Shown: positions 51,068 to 63,848 of the stretch, in pieces
Layout: each line of letters opens with the position of its first letter
Position numbering within the stretch: position 1 is the stretch's first letter
NCBI RefSeq assembly: GCF_964355755.1
Contig: NC_092673.1
Coordinates: 14,294,948 to 14,358,947 of the forward strand
Direction: 5' to 3'
Length of the DNA: 64,000 bases
DNA from: Antedon mediterranea
Lineage: Eukaryota; Animalia; Echinodermata
The notes under the pieces: model-generated
What the model saw: the letters and a program-made list of their open reading frames with translations, nothing else
What the model was told of the DNA's origin: nothing
The model's database searches: none
Translations under genes and position numbers: made by a program

Positions 51068-51435
51068 TCATAGTAATACCATGTCTCCACTCTTAACATC
51101 AGCTACAATTTCCTCCAATTCTAAAAATGATACCTCATATTCTCCATTCTCCAGATCATACCTAATGCAAAATTCCATCCCTACCATGTCTGTAAGCGTT
51201 CCATCCCACCACTTTTTATCAGAGTCGCTGTCATTCCAGAGGTGTTTAATTTTTTCCCAATCAAAAGTTCTGGTTTTTTGTTCCTTCAACTAATGTGCAA
51301 TTCTGACCAATTTCAAAACAGCTCCATTTGTTAGTTCTTTGTCTGTCAGTGCATTAAGGTTGCCGCGTTGAAGGTCTGAGACCAAAATACCAATACTGGT
51401 ACAATATGGCTTAATATTCATTTCGTACAAAACTG
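51068..51435 (-). pseudogene. Last exon of a gene ending in a Tudor/Spindlin-like domain
   Basis: KIKHLWNDSDSDKKWWDGTLTDMVGMEFCIRYDLE...LEEIVADVKSGDMVLL*. Minus-strand acceptor near 51433; one stop at 51291. Confidence 0.5.
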
Positions 51436-53005
51436 TAAAAAAATCAATTTAGGCTAAATGCATTTTAGGTAATTTCAAATACAGTAAATTTCTAAAAATG
51501 TCATAATTATACTGTATTAATAACCCTATAAACTAGTAAAGAAACAACACATTAGCCAAACAGCAAAATTATATAATAAAACAAAATATTATGTGTATAG
51601 GCCTAGTGTATAACCCTTAAAATACAATATAAAATTGAATTACTATTAAAATACAATTATAAATGTTATAAATTTAATTAACTATAGTGAGGCATATAAA
51701 TGAATAGGCAAACTGCCTTAAAATGTGACAGAACAGAAAACAATGCCTAGAGTACTGATTTATATACCAATTTATAATTATTATAATTTAATAATTAAGC
51801 CTACAAACTAGTATAAAGAAACTTAGCTACAGTAAATATAAGCCTTGTAAAAACAAAATATGTGTACGCCTATAACCCTTAAAATACAATATAAAAATTA
51901 AATCATACATTTTATACAATTTAATAATGCTTTATTTATCCCTCCTGCAAACCCCACTCTCTTCAAAATAAACCAGTGTACCACTATTGTACACTCTATT
52001 TAATTAATAGTATTGATTGTATAGGTTGGAAAAAAGTAATAGAATTGAATCATATATATATATGTTTGTCTTGTGAAATTTTAAATAGTTTATCCATCCT
52101 GTAATTGGCGGATTACTCGCTGTTGGATGAGTATGAAATAAAAAAATAAAAAATAAAATATATATATATATATATAGGAAAATAACTACTTACTATTGGT
52201 TCAAATGAAAAAAAATGAGACGAAACTGACTTCTATTTTTTTTTAAATTTCTTAGCTTACTAGGCTGAAGTGTCTGAATCCTTCGCGGTGAACAGTAACG
52301 TCTGCTAGGCTGTGCCATCACCGCGCTGTTGCGAGCTAGACTAGCGCCAGTACGCAGACATATTAGTCGATATTTAAACATTTGTTGGCTCACCGACTGT
52401 GGCCAAATTTAGCCAAAATGAATGGTATACATACATAAATCATTAATCTCTTAATAAACTCTGACGATTTTATACTTACCGTCGACTTTTTCTAATTTTG
52501 TGTAAAAAACGACTCTGATGTAAAGCATGAACGCAACAAAGGTTTGTTCAAGCAGAATTCTAGATTTATATATCTAATAATATTATATTATTGGAGAAGA
52601 TCATACACTTGGTTGTTTTTTTTTAATTAGCCAATCAGATACTAAAAAACATTGCGCAAAAGACCCTAGGCCTACCTGACCCTTCTTTCTGGTAACAATT
52701 TTCTATTCCCTTTAATTGTCAACTTCCTTCTATTCTAGCCTATGTCTAGCGGTTTTGCTAGTCCCTACTAGCTAGGCCTATAGTGTAGTAGTAGGCCTAG
52801 TAGCTAGGCTAGTACTAGTAGGGACCGCACACTGACGAGTGCGCATCTTTAGTGCGCACACATTGCGTTGCAACGCGCAATGTTGGAATGAGCTATATGG
52901 GTTGCGTTTTGGACGATTCGTACGCGTTAGCCCTGCCGCGAAATCTAAATTTACGGACGATCGTCAACATAAACAAATAATTTACAACCCCAAGAAATCC
53001 CCGTG

Positions 53006-53146
53006 ATTTTAACCTAGATAGTACTCATTTATGTAGGTAGGTAAGGAGGATTAATTTTAACCTAGATAGTACTCATTTATGTAGGTAAGGAGGATTAATT
53101 TTAACCTAGATAGTACTCATTTATGTAGGTAAGGAGGATTAATTTT
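53006..53146. repeat. Tandem repeat, 44-bp unit x3
   Basis: attttaacctagatagtactcatttatgtaggtaaggaggatta at 53006, 53054 and 53098 (first copy 4 bp longer). Confidence 0.95.
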
Positions 53147-53489
53147 CAATTTTTAGTGGATAAGGAGTGTAGGGTTATTAATTAGCTAGTCATAAATGAA
53201 AAGTACGATGTTTAATTAGTCTAGAACAGTACGATTTTCTCGCTGTAATACCATCGCAAGCGAGCGCAAGGCATATCAATGACTATGTCTTGGCTTGAGC
53301 CAGCCGAACGTACCATCACACGGCATCGGCTAATTTTTGCAATAGGCCTTTATATCAATAATATTTTATGTTCAATTGTTTAAAATAAAGCTAGGCCTAC
53401 AGTATATTTAAACATACAGTATATATTATATTTACAGCAGTATTTATTATAAACTTAAATTAATTTTAAAACTAATACATTTTTTTCAG

Positions 53490-54814
53490 GCAGTAAATGA
53501 AATGCTTTTCTCTCATTGTTTGCTGACCAATCTACAAAATGGCAATCGTATAGATCCAATTGACGACTTGCGATTTAAGCACATTCATCAACTTTATCTC
53601 CTTCGTGAGAAAACCAATAGTACTTGGTCGACCGTTGTAACTTGGTTGCAGGACCTTCATAGACCAAACTTTCCTGAGAACAGTGGAGATGGTAATCAAT
53701 GGAGATGGTAATCAATGGAGATGGTAATCAATGGAGTCTGAGAATAAAAAATCAATGGATGTGGATCTTAAAAGAACGAACAAGATTGTTGAAGAGCAAG
53801 AGCCATCAACCAGAAAAATTTAAAGCCTGGGAGGAAAGAGTGTACACCTTTCCAACTCCTGCAAGCTCTCGTCCTCCAAAAGAAATTATACATAATTCAG
53901 AAGAAGACCTACAGCAGGAGATTACTGATTTAAAAGAAGAAATCAATTTTTTACAAGAACGACCATCACCTCACCAACAAGATGTCCAGAAACGAGGAGA
54001 AGACAGAAATAAAAAGAGCAACAGAGACCTGCGAAGGCAAAACAGCAATCTTCTAGAAGAGCAAGTCAACTTAAAAGCAAAGTTAGGCAAGTCAAGAATC
54101 ACAAGAAAGAAAATGCTGGCTGTAGTTCAAATGATGGTGATAGTATTGAGTTGCTACAACAAGAAATAGTAAACCTACAGCAATTATGTGATGAGCAAAC
54201 TACACGGATCACTTAGCTTCTTGATGCTAATGCCGAATTAAAAGGTACGAACGAGGAACTCAGCAAGACAAAAACTTTCCAAATGAAGGATGAGAAAGGC
54301 AGATACAAAGATGTTGTGCATCCTTGTGTTTGGAATCTTTTAAATTGTCATGTGAGTTTTGGTAATGTTGGTGGTTTATGAATATGTTAAATATCAAGTC
54401 ACAATATTTCAGAAACCCAAGTGAGAAACATGAATAGACAGCGACTGATTGTAGCGCAAAGGCATATCGGCACATTAACCGGGTTACAAAACACCACTCT
54501 TGGAACAGATGAGACACCTAAAGCAGGAAACGTATATGACTTACACAATAACGGATGAGGAGCAAAACTCGTATATTCTAGGACTAGGACTACGACAGCT
54601 GGTTTCTAAATCATCCGCACATACACTGAAGACTGTTCTGTGCGATTTAACAGACATCTGTAACAGCTACAAAGAAAACAAAGAGGAAAAGTTTTTTAAC
54701 GAGCGAAACAACTCTGATTTTTGTCATGAAACACAATCTGTGCCGAGACACAACAAATTACCAGAGGTTGTTGATGACTTTAAAAATGGTGATCTAACAA
54801 TAGTTATCAATTAA
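53490..54814 (+). mobile_element. Unassigned DDE-type transposase remnant, internally deleted
   Basis: Coiled-coil N-terminus, GRYKDVV..CVWNLLNCHVS, NTTLGTDET (first Asp candidate), YILGLGLRQLVSKSS.HTL...L.DI, then a jump to the C-terminal VVDDFKNGDLTI*. A 16-bp x3 tandem at 53684-53736 shifts the frame. Confidence 0.55.
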
Positions 54815-55069
54815 AAACACACTGCTAAATGTACCACACATTTCTGTTAAAAAAAAAAAAAAATTCCAAACCCGAAACCTAGAAATACCGGGATGGTGTC
54901 CGCGGGGGATGGTTTGACCACTTGTAAATACAGTTATAATTTTGTTTGTGTGTTTGTACCAAAGGTCTACAGTTTCCGATCTAAAGTAATAATAATATTG
55001 ATTTAAAGTTTTTTAGGCATAGTAAATGTTTTTTTTTTTTTAACTACATTTTATTGAGTTTAAATATTT

Positions 55070-55570
55070 TCGGTTACCCCGGTAACAAAAAAGTAATCTC
55101 TTGGCATCTTTGCAAACTACTATAAGATTTGTAATATTATGAAGTACCTGTAAATATACAAAATAAAAAGATTATTTTATAGCAATTATATTACTATCTG
55201 AAATTGTTTACTATTTATAGAAAAGGAGTAAAAACGATAAATGTTTTTTAAGCCGTTGCCATGGTAACCATATAATTTATGGCACCATGAACACTTTGAT
55301 TTTTTATAACATATATTGTAACTAAAAAAAGATATTGATGATGCTAAGCAAATCCCCTTAATTACTGAGTTAATTTGTATTGTTTATTTTATTAATTGGG
55401 CGTGTCTGGTTACCATGGTAACCAACAATTAACTGCTCCGCACCTTTACAAACTAAAAAAATTGATTCGCAATCTCATGATGTACCTGTGTGGAAAATAT
55501 GAAATAAAAAAGATTATTTTATTATTATTATTTATATGGCAATTCTATGAATGTCTGAAGTTGTTTACCT
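55070..55570. repeat. Diverged direct repeat with GTTRCCATGGTAAC-like palindromes (subterminal region)
   Basis: 55072-55211 resembles 55407-55568. Palindromes ggttaccccggtaac (55072), gttgccatggtaac (55255), ggttaccatggtaacc (55408). Confidence 0.65.
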
Positions 55571-55756
55571 TTTTTTGAATATATAATGAGGTATTATAAA
55601 CAATAGCAATTTCATAAATCTTGCCAACTTTTCCTATTGAAAACCATACGGAATAATACCGAAAATTGTTAATTTCAAAATTCCATATCTCCGCAACCCA
55701 TGACATGATTTACATAAATGAGGTAGCATTCAACTCACAAAGTCTTCTAGGCCTAG

Positions 55757-55815
55757 GGTAGAGTCCCCTATTTGCGTCATACCCTATTTGCGTCATACCC
55801 AATTTGCGTCAATTT
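55757..55815. repeat. Triplicated atttgcgtca motif, probable left end of a DNA transposon
   Basis: ccctatttgcgtcata repeated with 16-bp period x3. Confidence 0.6.
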
Positions 55816-56139
55816 AGTAATTAATCATTTCTAATTAATTAATTACTATTTTATTTCAGTTTTACCTTTTGTTTTATAGTACTTCAGCTATTTTTACAAT
55901 AGAATCCAAGACTGCTTCGATTCGGTGCACCCGCGTCTCGCGAAAAAGAACAACAAACCAGAGGGGTCCAAAAACCGGAAGTAAAAGGTCAACTAAATAA
56001 GCCAATAGGCTAACACGTGGTTTGTCCATTTAAATAACAGGGTACGCTAACGGAAAATAATTACGTGATGGAAATGTTTTGAAAAGCTACCCAAGTTTAT
56101 AAAATAGCAGCAGGACTAGTCCATTTGTGCATAATACAA

Positions 56140-56600
56140 TTTAATACTTGGAGTCACGTTACAAAATAACTTAAAATGGGATAAGCATATTGGGGATATT
56201 GTCCTCAAGGCTAATAGGAAGATTTTTATTTTAAGGAGTCTAAAGAAATTTGGCTTCAACCCTGATGAACTATGCTCTGTCTACTGCGGGTATATTAGAC
56301 CCCTCCTTGAATATGCCGATGTTGTATGGCACCCCGGCTTAACCAAATCGCTTAGCAACTCTATAGAATCTGTCCAACGCAGAGCATGCCGTACCATATT
56401 GGGAAGGGATTTTAGTTCGTATGACAAAGCTCTAAAGGTCTGTAACATCTCATCCCTTACTGATATGAGAATAGCTCACAGTCTCAAATTTGCCAAGGGA
56501 ATATCTCAGACTGTTCATTCTGCTGATCTTTTACCGGTGACACGGTTTGAAAGTCATGGGAGGTTGCTCCGTAATAAGAATAATAATAATAATAATACAT
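56140..56600 (+). mobile_element. CR1/L2 LINE ORF2 C-terminal remnant
   Basis: LGVTLQNNLKWDKHI..KANRKIFILRSLKKFG...YIRPLLEYADVVWHPGLT...IESVQRRACRTILG. Confidence 0.92.
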
Positions 56601-57703
56601 AGTTTATAGGGGTGTAAAATACGGTTAAAAAGTTGGCATTTAAACCCAATTGGCGTCACAGTGTAATTTTCCTATGTATACTTATGTGCTTTTTAATATA
56701 TACCTTTTTTTTTTAAATGATAAACATTTTTGTTACCAAAATGTGTCTATCATCATTAATGTGTTTTTTTCTGTGTGTTTATTAATATTATTATTATTAT
56801 TAATTTAAAAAATAAATGTGAATGTGCAGGGGTGGGAAGGGGGTTGGCAAAAATACAAAGACAATGTAATCAAACAAAGTTAGGCATTAATCCATGGTTT
56901 AGGCCTAGGCCTACATGCAATGGAAGTAAAATACATCATACAGAGTATTATTAAAATTCCCCTCCCCAATATTCAAACAATTCAATTCAAATCAGGGGGG
57001 GGGGGGGTTTTGGGAGACACGCGTGCGGTCACGTGAATAATCCGGGGGGAGTGGGGGACACAGCGCGAACTCGGGGACATGGCACAGCGCATTATATTAC
57101 TTGTATTGTGTATAAAAAATTGTTTGTAAACTACTATACTTCTTGATTGGCTGACTGTATTTATCTCTGATTGGTTCGTATAATTTATTATCAATTAGGG
57201 GTGCCAGTGTAAAAAAATGGCGTTGATGGCAGTATTTAATTTATAAATATAATTTATTTTAGTTTTCATGGAGGAAATTTATTTTGTACATGGTATTACA
57301 CTAACATGGTAATTGGTATACCGTAGGCCTATGACTATATAATATATATAAGGTCTATATATATAAGTATTACAGTATATTTAGCGATAAAATCTTATTC
57401 AGTACATCTTTATTATAATATAAGCCTCAATTATTGATGTTAATAATACAAATAATATTAGGTCTAGATAATTATTTTTTGGTCTATTATAGCCTACCAT
57501 TTTAATAATATAACATGCAGTTATATTTTTTGAATATTATTATTGAACTTGCCTTTTGATATTAATACTAGTAGTTGCATAGACAGACTGGTAATAAAAA
57601 AGTATACACTAGAGTTTTGCTATCGCTATCTGTTCAGAGTCCCGTGTTTTTCGTTATCAAAACTTAGGTTAACGTGTTATGTTAAATGACATTAATTTTA
57701 GAT

Positions 57704-59395
57704 ATGGCTCCACCAAGATTACCAGAAAAAGTAAAGCTTAAGAGACATCGATATACCAACCCTTATTTTGCGTGCTATCGATCGTATAAAAAAGGGCGAA
57801 ATATCGACAAGTCGAGCAGCATCAATATACAATATTCTACGGACAACTCTTTCCAATAAGTTGCATAATCGACGACCAATAACAGGCAAATCGGGCCCAA
57901 AAACAATTTTGACAGATGCCGAAGAAGATGTGAGTATTTTAAGTTAATATTGTAAAGTCACGACCAAACCAAAGACCCATAAAAACAATGATAATCAGGG
58001 TCGGATTTAGAAGAGGCTTGGAATGGCCCCTTCCGCCCTTTTGTATACTATAAAAACACTTGGTGTATCCTGAATCCGCCCCTAATATTTGTTGCTACTT
58101 TGGTTGTATTTCAGTTATTATCAGACTGGTTAATTAAGATGTCAAGAATCGGGTATCCGTTGACGAGATGGCAGCTTCAAGATGAAGTAAAGCGTATAAT
58201 AGACGAAGATGGAAGAGAAAATGTCTTTGTAGATAATCTGCCAGGAAAAAAGTGGATATCACTTTTTTTTAAACGCCCCAAGACTTACTGAGCGGATTCC
58301 AGAACACCTCGGAAAGGAGAGGGCAATTGTGTCGTATGAAAAGATCACAAATTGGTTTACAGAGTTTGAGATGTATGTTCAAGAACAGGGGTTGGAAGAC
58401 ATCTTACAAGACCCAAGACGTCTCTTTAACGCAGATGAATCCGGATTCCCATTATGCATCAAGAGCGGGAGAGTGATAGCAGAACGTGGTGTTAAAGACG
58501 TTTATCAGGTCGGCAGCAGTACCAAGTCTCAAATCACGGTGTTGGCTTGAAGTAACAACGATGGATTTTACGTCCCTCCCATGATGGTTTTCCCAGGGCA
58601 ACGGTTCATCTATAACCCATTGTTGTGCCATCCACCCCAGCCGCAATACCAACAACGTCCGCTAAAGAACCAGAAAAGGATGATGCTGCTTTAAAATTGG
58701 CAACATTTGAATCTGTCCTTGAACAGCAAAAGCTGTCGTTATTCGAACGCCACTACGACAACGGGTATGATTGTGAAAACAATGAGTACCAACAATGGAA
58801 GATTTTTAAAAACGCAGCGATTAAGTCATACTTTAAATCTATCACAGGTGAATCAGTCCCTCAACCAAAATTCAATGACGAAGAACCAATCCCAACAACA
58901 TCAGACGTGTCACAAGTATTTAGGGACCACATAAGGTACCCCACCAAAGAAATAAAGGCCAAAGTGGTACACAACGCGATGCCCAAGGCGCTTTCTGGCG
59001 CGCAATTTATTGCGTTCGCTGAGGCAAAGGCTAACAAAAGGGCAGAAGAAGATGCAGCGAAAGAAAAACGAAAGGAGGAACGGGAAGCAAAAAAGAAATC
59101 AAAGGACGCAGCTGCAAAAGCAAGACAAAGCAAAATCAACAGTGACATTTGCAGTGGTTGCAAAAAGGCATTTGTCGACAACGATGACTGCCTTTGGATT
59201 GGATGCGAATGTGGACGGTGGTTCCATTGCCTTGTTAGGTGTTGTGGGATTGACGACTGTGACAACATGACGGAGGACGAAGTACATGACCTGGAATGGC
59301 AATGTAACTTATGCTTTAAAAAAAAGACCCATTTCAGTGTGGGATGTGCGAGTCGCCAAATGACATTAGTGTCCATGGCGGGTCTGATTACCTAA
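57704..59395 (+). mobile_element. pogo/Fot1-like transposase (HTH-psq, CENP-B HTH, truncated DDE_1, PHD finger), internally deleted
   Basis: Exon 1 RAASIYNILRTTL..GPKTILTDAEED, intron, DWLIKMSRIGYPL...PGKKW, RLFNADESGF...ITVLA..DG..VPPMMVFPG, then a jump at ~58622 to the C-terminus with CSGC...WIGCECGRWFHCL..C...WQCNLC. Confidence 0.92.
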
Positions 59396-59991
59396 TTTTG
59401 AAACTTTGGTATTTTTTTTAAAGGTTTTGATGTTTTCTGTTGGGCGCTTTGTACTAAAGCGCCATATAAATGAAATAAAAATAATGAATAGCGGCACTTT
59501 AAAAGTTGGTTTCCAATTTTTAGTGAGTATATAGGCTAAATATTAGTAATCTACTACTCCATGATACTGCTAATTCATACATCCGTACGATATTACTACC
59601 AGGAGGAGGTATGCACTTATGCAGTCCAGGCTAATTTATACAATATCTAAAGTTGCCGAGCCAACATAAATAATAAAAATATACAGTACATAGGCCTATA
59701 TATATATATTAACATTACCAAAGGTCATTCTAGAACATACATAGCACAAAAGGTTAGAAAAATTTGTAAAAGCACGTCATTATTTAACTCAACACATTTA
59801 ATTTATTCAGCTATCATTATACATGCATTTTACCAAAAATATCAATGTATTGAGCCATTTTTTGCAAGACCATTTGTGACCTGCTACCACGAAAGGGCTG
59901 TAAACTCGCACCGCGATGTATTGAGAAATTGACCTTTTGAACTAGAATAGGCCGTAATACATATAAATTTTTCAAAATGAGTTTTTGTGTA

Positions 59992-60904
59992 CCGTATTTT
60001 CCGGAGTATAGGTCGAGACTTTGTGGGAAAATTTTAATTGCAAAATCGGGGGGTCGACTTATACTCCGACCATACGATTTTTGAAAAAAATCAGGCCGAA
60101 AAAATATGTTCAAAAGCCGTCAGCTGTCAAGGCCCAGCAAGGTCAGTGGCCTATCATCAATCACTCACAGAAGTTTTCAATTTAATACCTACAATTACAT
60201 TGTACAAAATAATACAACTCCAACAAGTACTGGTCAATAAAATATTAATATATCACAATGACTCATTTTGATGTTAATATTACGCTTTTAAGATAATTAA
60301 GAATAAATAGTTTTCTTTATGCTTCTTATTCACTCTCGCGAAAACATCGTAACACACCACAGACGTCGGAATGTCCATGCAGCATGTTTGTAATTGCGCG
60401 ATATTTTCATTTATACACATGCGCAGTTTGTTTGTTTGTTCGTAATTACAATTACTGCGCATGTCTATTCATAAAATAAATTCTCCTTAGTCGGGCGCGT
60501 GTACATTTACAGATAACGCAATTTACAACTACTCGCCTGTACAACAATTAATAAGCTTCCTAATGGAAAACTCGTTTTAATTTATTCGAGTGACGCGAAA
60601 AACATCGCTGATGGCAAGTAACGCTACATCGCTGTCATTTATTATAGGCTGGTGAAGACGGCGGCGAAGTCGTCGTCATTACGTCCGTCCGATATTGATT
60701 AGGCCTACACTTTAATAATATAAACAAACAACCACATTTCATACATTTCTAGCCCTCTTTGAACTTTAAAGTAAGTTGTGTTATTAGCCGATTTTGGGGG
60801 GTCGACTTATATTCAGGTCATACCAAAATCAACGATATTCTAGGCCAAAGTTGGGGGTCGACTTACTGTATACTTGGGGTCGACCTATACTCCGGAAAAT
60901 ACGG
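59992..60904. mobile_element. Tigger/pogo-type MITE
   Basis: Perfect 25-bp TIR ccgtattttccggagtataggtcga, TA TSD (59990-59991, 60905-60906), internal ggggtcgac(t/c)ta motif x4. Confidence 0.95.
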
Positions 60905-61148
60905 TAATAAAGAAAATATAATCATTAATTTTACTATTCCTGAAGTTTGGGTTTGAAATTCCATCTGTAAGTTGTCAAAATCAGTCATTTTCTGAAGGGA
61001 TTCTGTATAAATTGTATAGAAATGTGTAGAAAATGTGACCACAATCGCCGAAAACCAAGCTTCCTTTGGACAGCCATATTTTGCTTGCCTCTGCGATTTA
61101 TGACGTCACTGAATGTTAGTTTGTTGTCTATTATGTTTAAATATCATT

Positions 61149-61305
61149 TGATTGGTCAGTTTTAGCTTGGCTTGGTTTTTTTTTGTACGTTTAATCCAAT
61201 TGAAAACGTACTTTGTATCGTAAACAATGGTTTCTAAGGCCAGAAAACCTCAACTTTGATTGGCTTATATCTGTCACGTGTTAAAATAACGATTCGCGAT
61301 TGGTC
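61149..61305 (+). promoter_or_regulatory. Putative CCAAT-box promoter upstream of an acidic ORF
   Basis: gattgg/ccaat at ~61151, 61196, 61258 and 61298, plus cacgtg (~61275); ATG at 61392. Confidence 0.35.
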
Positions 61306-61391
61306 ACTCATGCGGAAGTATTCACTTCGTGTTCCTTACGCGAGCTGACAGCTAGTCACAGACACGCTTTTATTTCTGTAAGAACAATAAG

Positions 61392-61720
61392 ATGGAGGAA
61401 CAGCTTGATCGTAGACTTAAAAACGTATTAAATGAAGCTAGAGGCTTGGATCTTAATGATGATGATTTTCAGAAATTGTTGGATTTGATTGATTGAGTAT
61501 TTTGATGAGAGAACGATGTTGGATGATGAGGAATTGAAGGAAGAGGAAAGGGCTGATTATAATGACGATTATGACGAAGAAGGCCTGTTTTCGGAGGACA
61601 ACGAAGACAACATAACGAACCTGATGGGCCAAGGCCAAATGAAGAGAATGATAATGTAGGCCTAGATATTGATGAATCCCAAGACGAAAATGGCATGATT
61701 GATTTTATGCGACAATGACA
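61392..61720 (+). pseudogene. Acidic N-terminal ORF remnant, probably from a transposase
   Basis: MEEQLDRRLKNVLNEARGLDLNDDDFQKLLDLID, then frameshifted D/E-rich sequence. No diagnostic motif. Confidence 0.35.
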
Positions 61721-61842
61721 TCTCTCCAAGTCATTCCCCACCCCACATAACACCACCCCCCCCCCCAAAAATAACCCCTCCCCCCACCCTGACTCCCTAC
61801 CCTATCTGGTATCTCCTCCCAAATAGGATATTACAGGTTGAC

Positions 61843-63848
61843 GGGTAGTAACAAAGTGCGAGGCAGCGAGGCACGCGAGGCAGGGAAGGCATGCAAGGCA
61901 AGTCAGAAATTTATGCGAGGCATCGTTTTACCATCATCAAAAAATGCGAGGCATCATTTTATCATTTCTCAAAATTGCAAGGCAGGAAATCACCGAAATT
62001 GAAGTAGGCCTAGCCTAAGCCTAGGCTAGTTTCCTTTTGCATCTGCCTTGTATTTTAACCAACTTTATCCTGAATACCACAGCTTAGAATTAGTAGGCCT
62101 ACTTTAATGAAGAAAAATCACATAAAAGTAACAATAAATCCATTAAATTGGTGATTTTACAGACGTTGTTTTTCTCACATTTCGCACACTCAATGTTCAA
62201 TATTTTGGTTTCTATGGAACGCCAAAAAAGCAAAATTAATTAGAGGGCTAAAAACTCTGTGGAATCAATTTATATTTTTATTTTTTCAGTACACGCGCGC
62301 CTACTACTGATACTGTAGATTCATCGCGTACTGTCGGTAAACACAAAGGACGTCGCATAGTACTACTACTACTACACTGACGATGATGCCTTCCCTGGGC
62401 ATCATGGGAATTAGGTCAAACTTGTAACCAGGAAAAAGTTTCAGTACACGTGCGCCTACTCTACTGATAAAGCGATACTGTAGCTTCATCGCTAAAGGTA
62501 AGAATCGCGTACTGTCGGTAAACACAAAGGACGTCCCCTTACAGTACACTGTACTATGCCATACAATCTTTACATACATTACATGTTCGTTGTATCATAC
62601 GGGGTGGTACGTACGACGTGTGAGATTAAATTAATTTTTAATATTAACTTTCGTGGGAAGATAGATTTTAATTTAATGCAATAATACTGAATTTTATAGA
62701 AATTTGTGAAATCGGGAGATATATTTAAAATTCGGGAGACCGGGAGGTGATGTTAAAATTCGGGAGACTCCCGGATAAATCGGGAGGGTTGGAACGTCTG
62801 GTTATCAAATTTGGAGTAAAAATACAAGCGAAGGAAACTAGCGCCAGGTTTATTAGTACGTACATGGACAACAATAAATAAAAATCGTTCGTAATATACC
62901 TAGCTTACTAAAACAGGAATAGTGTATCATTATTAAATATTACACCAATTATTATTTTATCAAAATTGATTAAATTATTTTCTACATAGGCCTCTTATCT
63001 AGGTTAGGGCTAAGCATATTAGCTAAAGTTTAATTTTAGGCCTAGTATTACAAGTCTTTTTTCACACGCGCTCCAGAATTCTGTCGCAATTTTTTTCTTT
63101 GCGGCATGTTATTGGATCGGCACCTTTTATTCACCGCCAGTTATTGAACTTGTCCTGGCAATCGCTGTTCACCGTATTTGCGAGAGAGGTACACGTGTTG
63201 TTCCTAGAGAATGGAATGTCAAAAATGTCTTTGGCACGCCGCTCAGAGAGAAGTCTGTGCGTTGCTGCTGAAACCACGTGCTATAGGAGGGGAATGCACC
63301 ACAATCCTCTGAGCTGAGGGCTGAATCATTCCGCTACCTGCTAAATAGTAAAGAGGGATTTTCCATCTCTCGGGTCTACCGGATCTAGGCGCAGGGGTGT
63401 GATAAAATATTATTTTCACTCTGCTATGTTCGAGAGACATGTGAGTGAACACGCTCGAAATGCCAACAAACATTGCAGTCATTTGATGAGTGTGTCGCTA
63501 TAACAATTATTGTTTATCGAAAGTTGAAGACTGTCGTTCAGATTTTTGAACCGTAGTTTGGGCACTTTTGTAAAAGTAAAATTTGATACGATATGACTTA
63601 AATGAAAAAACAATCGTTACATAAAAATAAACAACATGATGAGTGTATACACGAATCTATTTAGATACGCTTGTATCGATTGATTATTAGACCTATAATA
63701 TAGCATAATAGCACGTTAAGATATGCCTCGCACCTTTTTGAAATTGTAAACTATATGCCTCGCATGCCTCGCACTTTTGGAAATGATAAAATGATGCCTC
63801 GCACAAATATTTGGCATGCCTCGCTTGCCTCGCACTTTGTCAACACTC
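61843..63848. mobile_element. Non-autonomous MULE-like element with repeat-built TIRs and 9-bp TSD
   Basis: TSD caggttgac (61834-61842, 63849-63857). Ends gggtagtaacaaagtgcgaggca / tgcctcgcactttgtcaacactc. ~130-bp TIRs made of gcgaggca repeats. Confidence 0.88.
62712..62800. mobile_element. Isolated hAT-like terminus nested in the MULE element
   Basis: Five cgggag motifs ending in gggagggttggaacgtctg; no partner end found. Confidence 0.5.

Noticed and set aside
57996-58083. Small hAT-like MITE in the pogo intron
   Set aside because: TIR similarity is short and imperfect and I could not confirm a TSD.
58861-59376. 171-aa minus-strand ORF
   Set aside because: Shadow of the + strand pogo C-terminus and PHD finger.
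63060-63300. hAT-Charlie PLSxNTV motif on the minus strand
   Set aside because: Needs two frameshifts within about ten codons; too weak to call.
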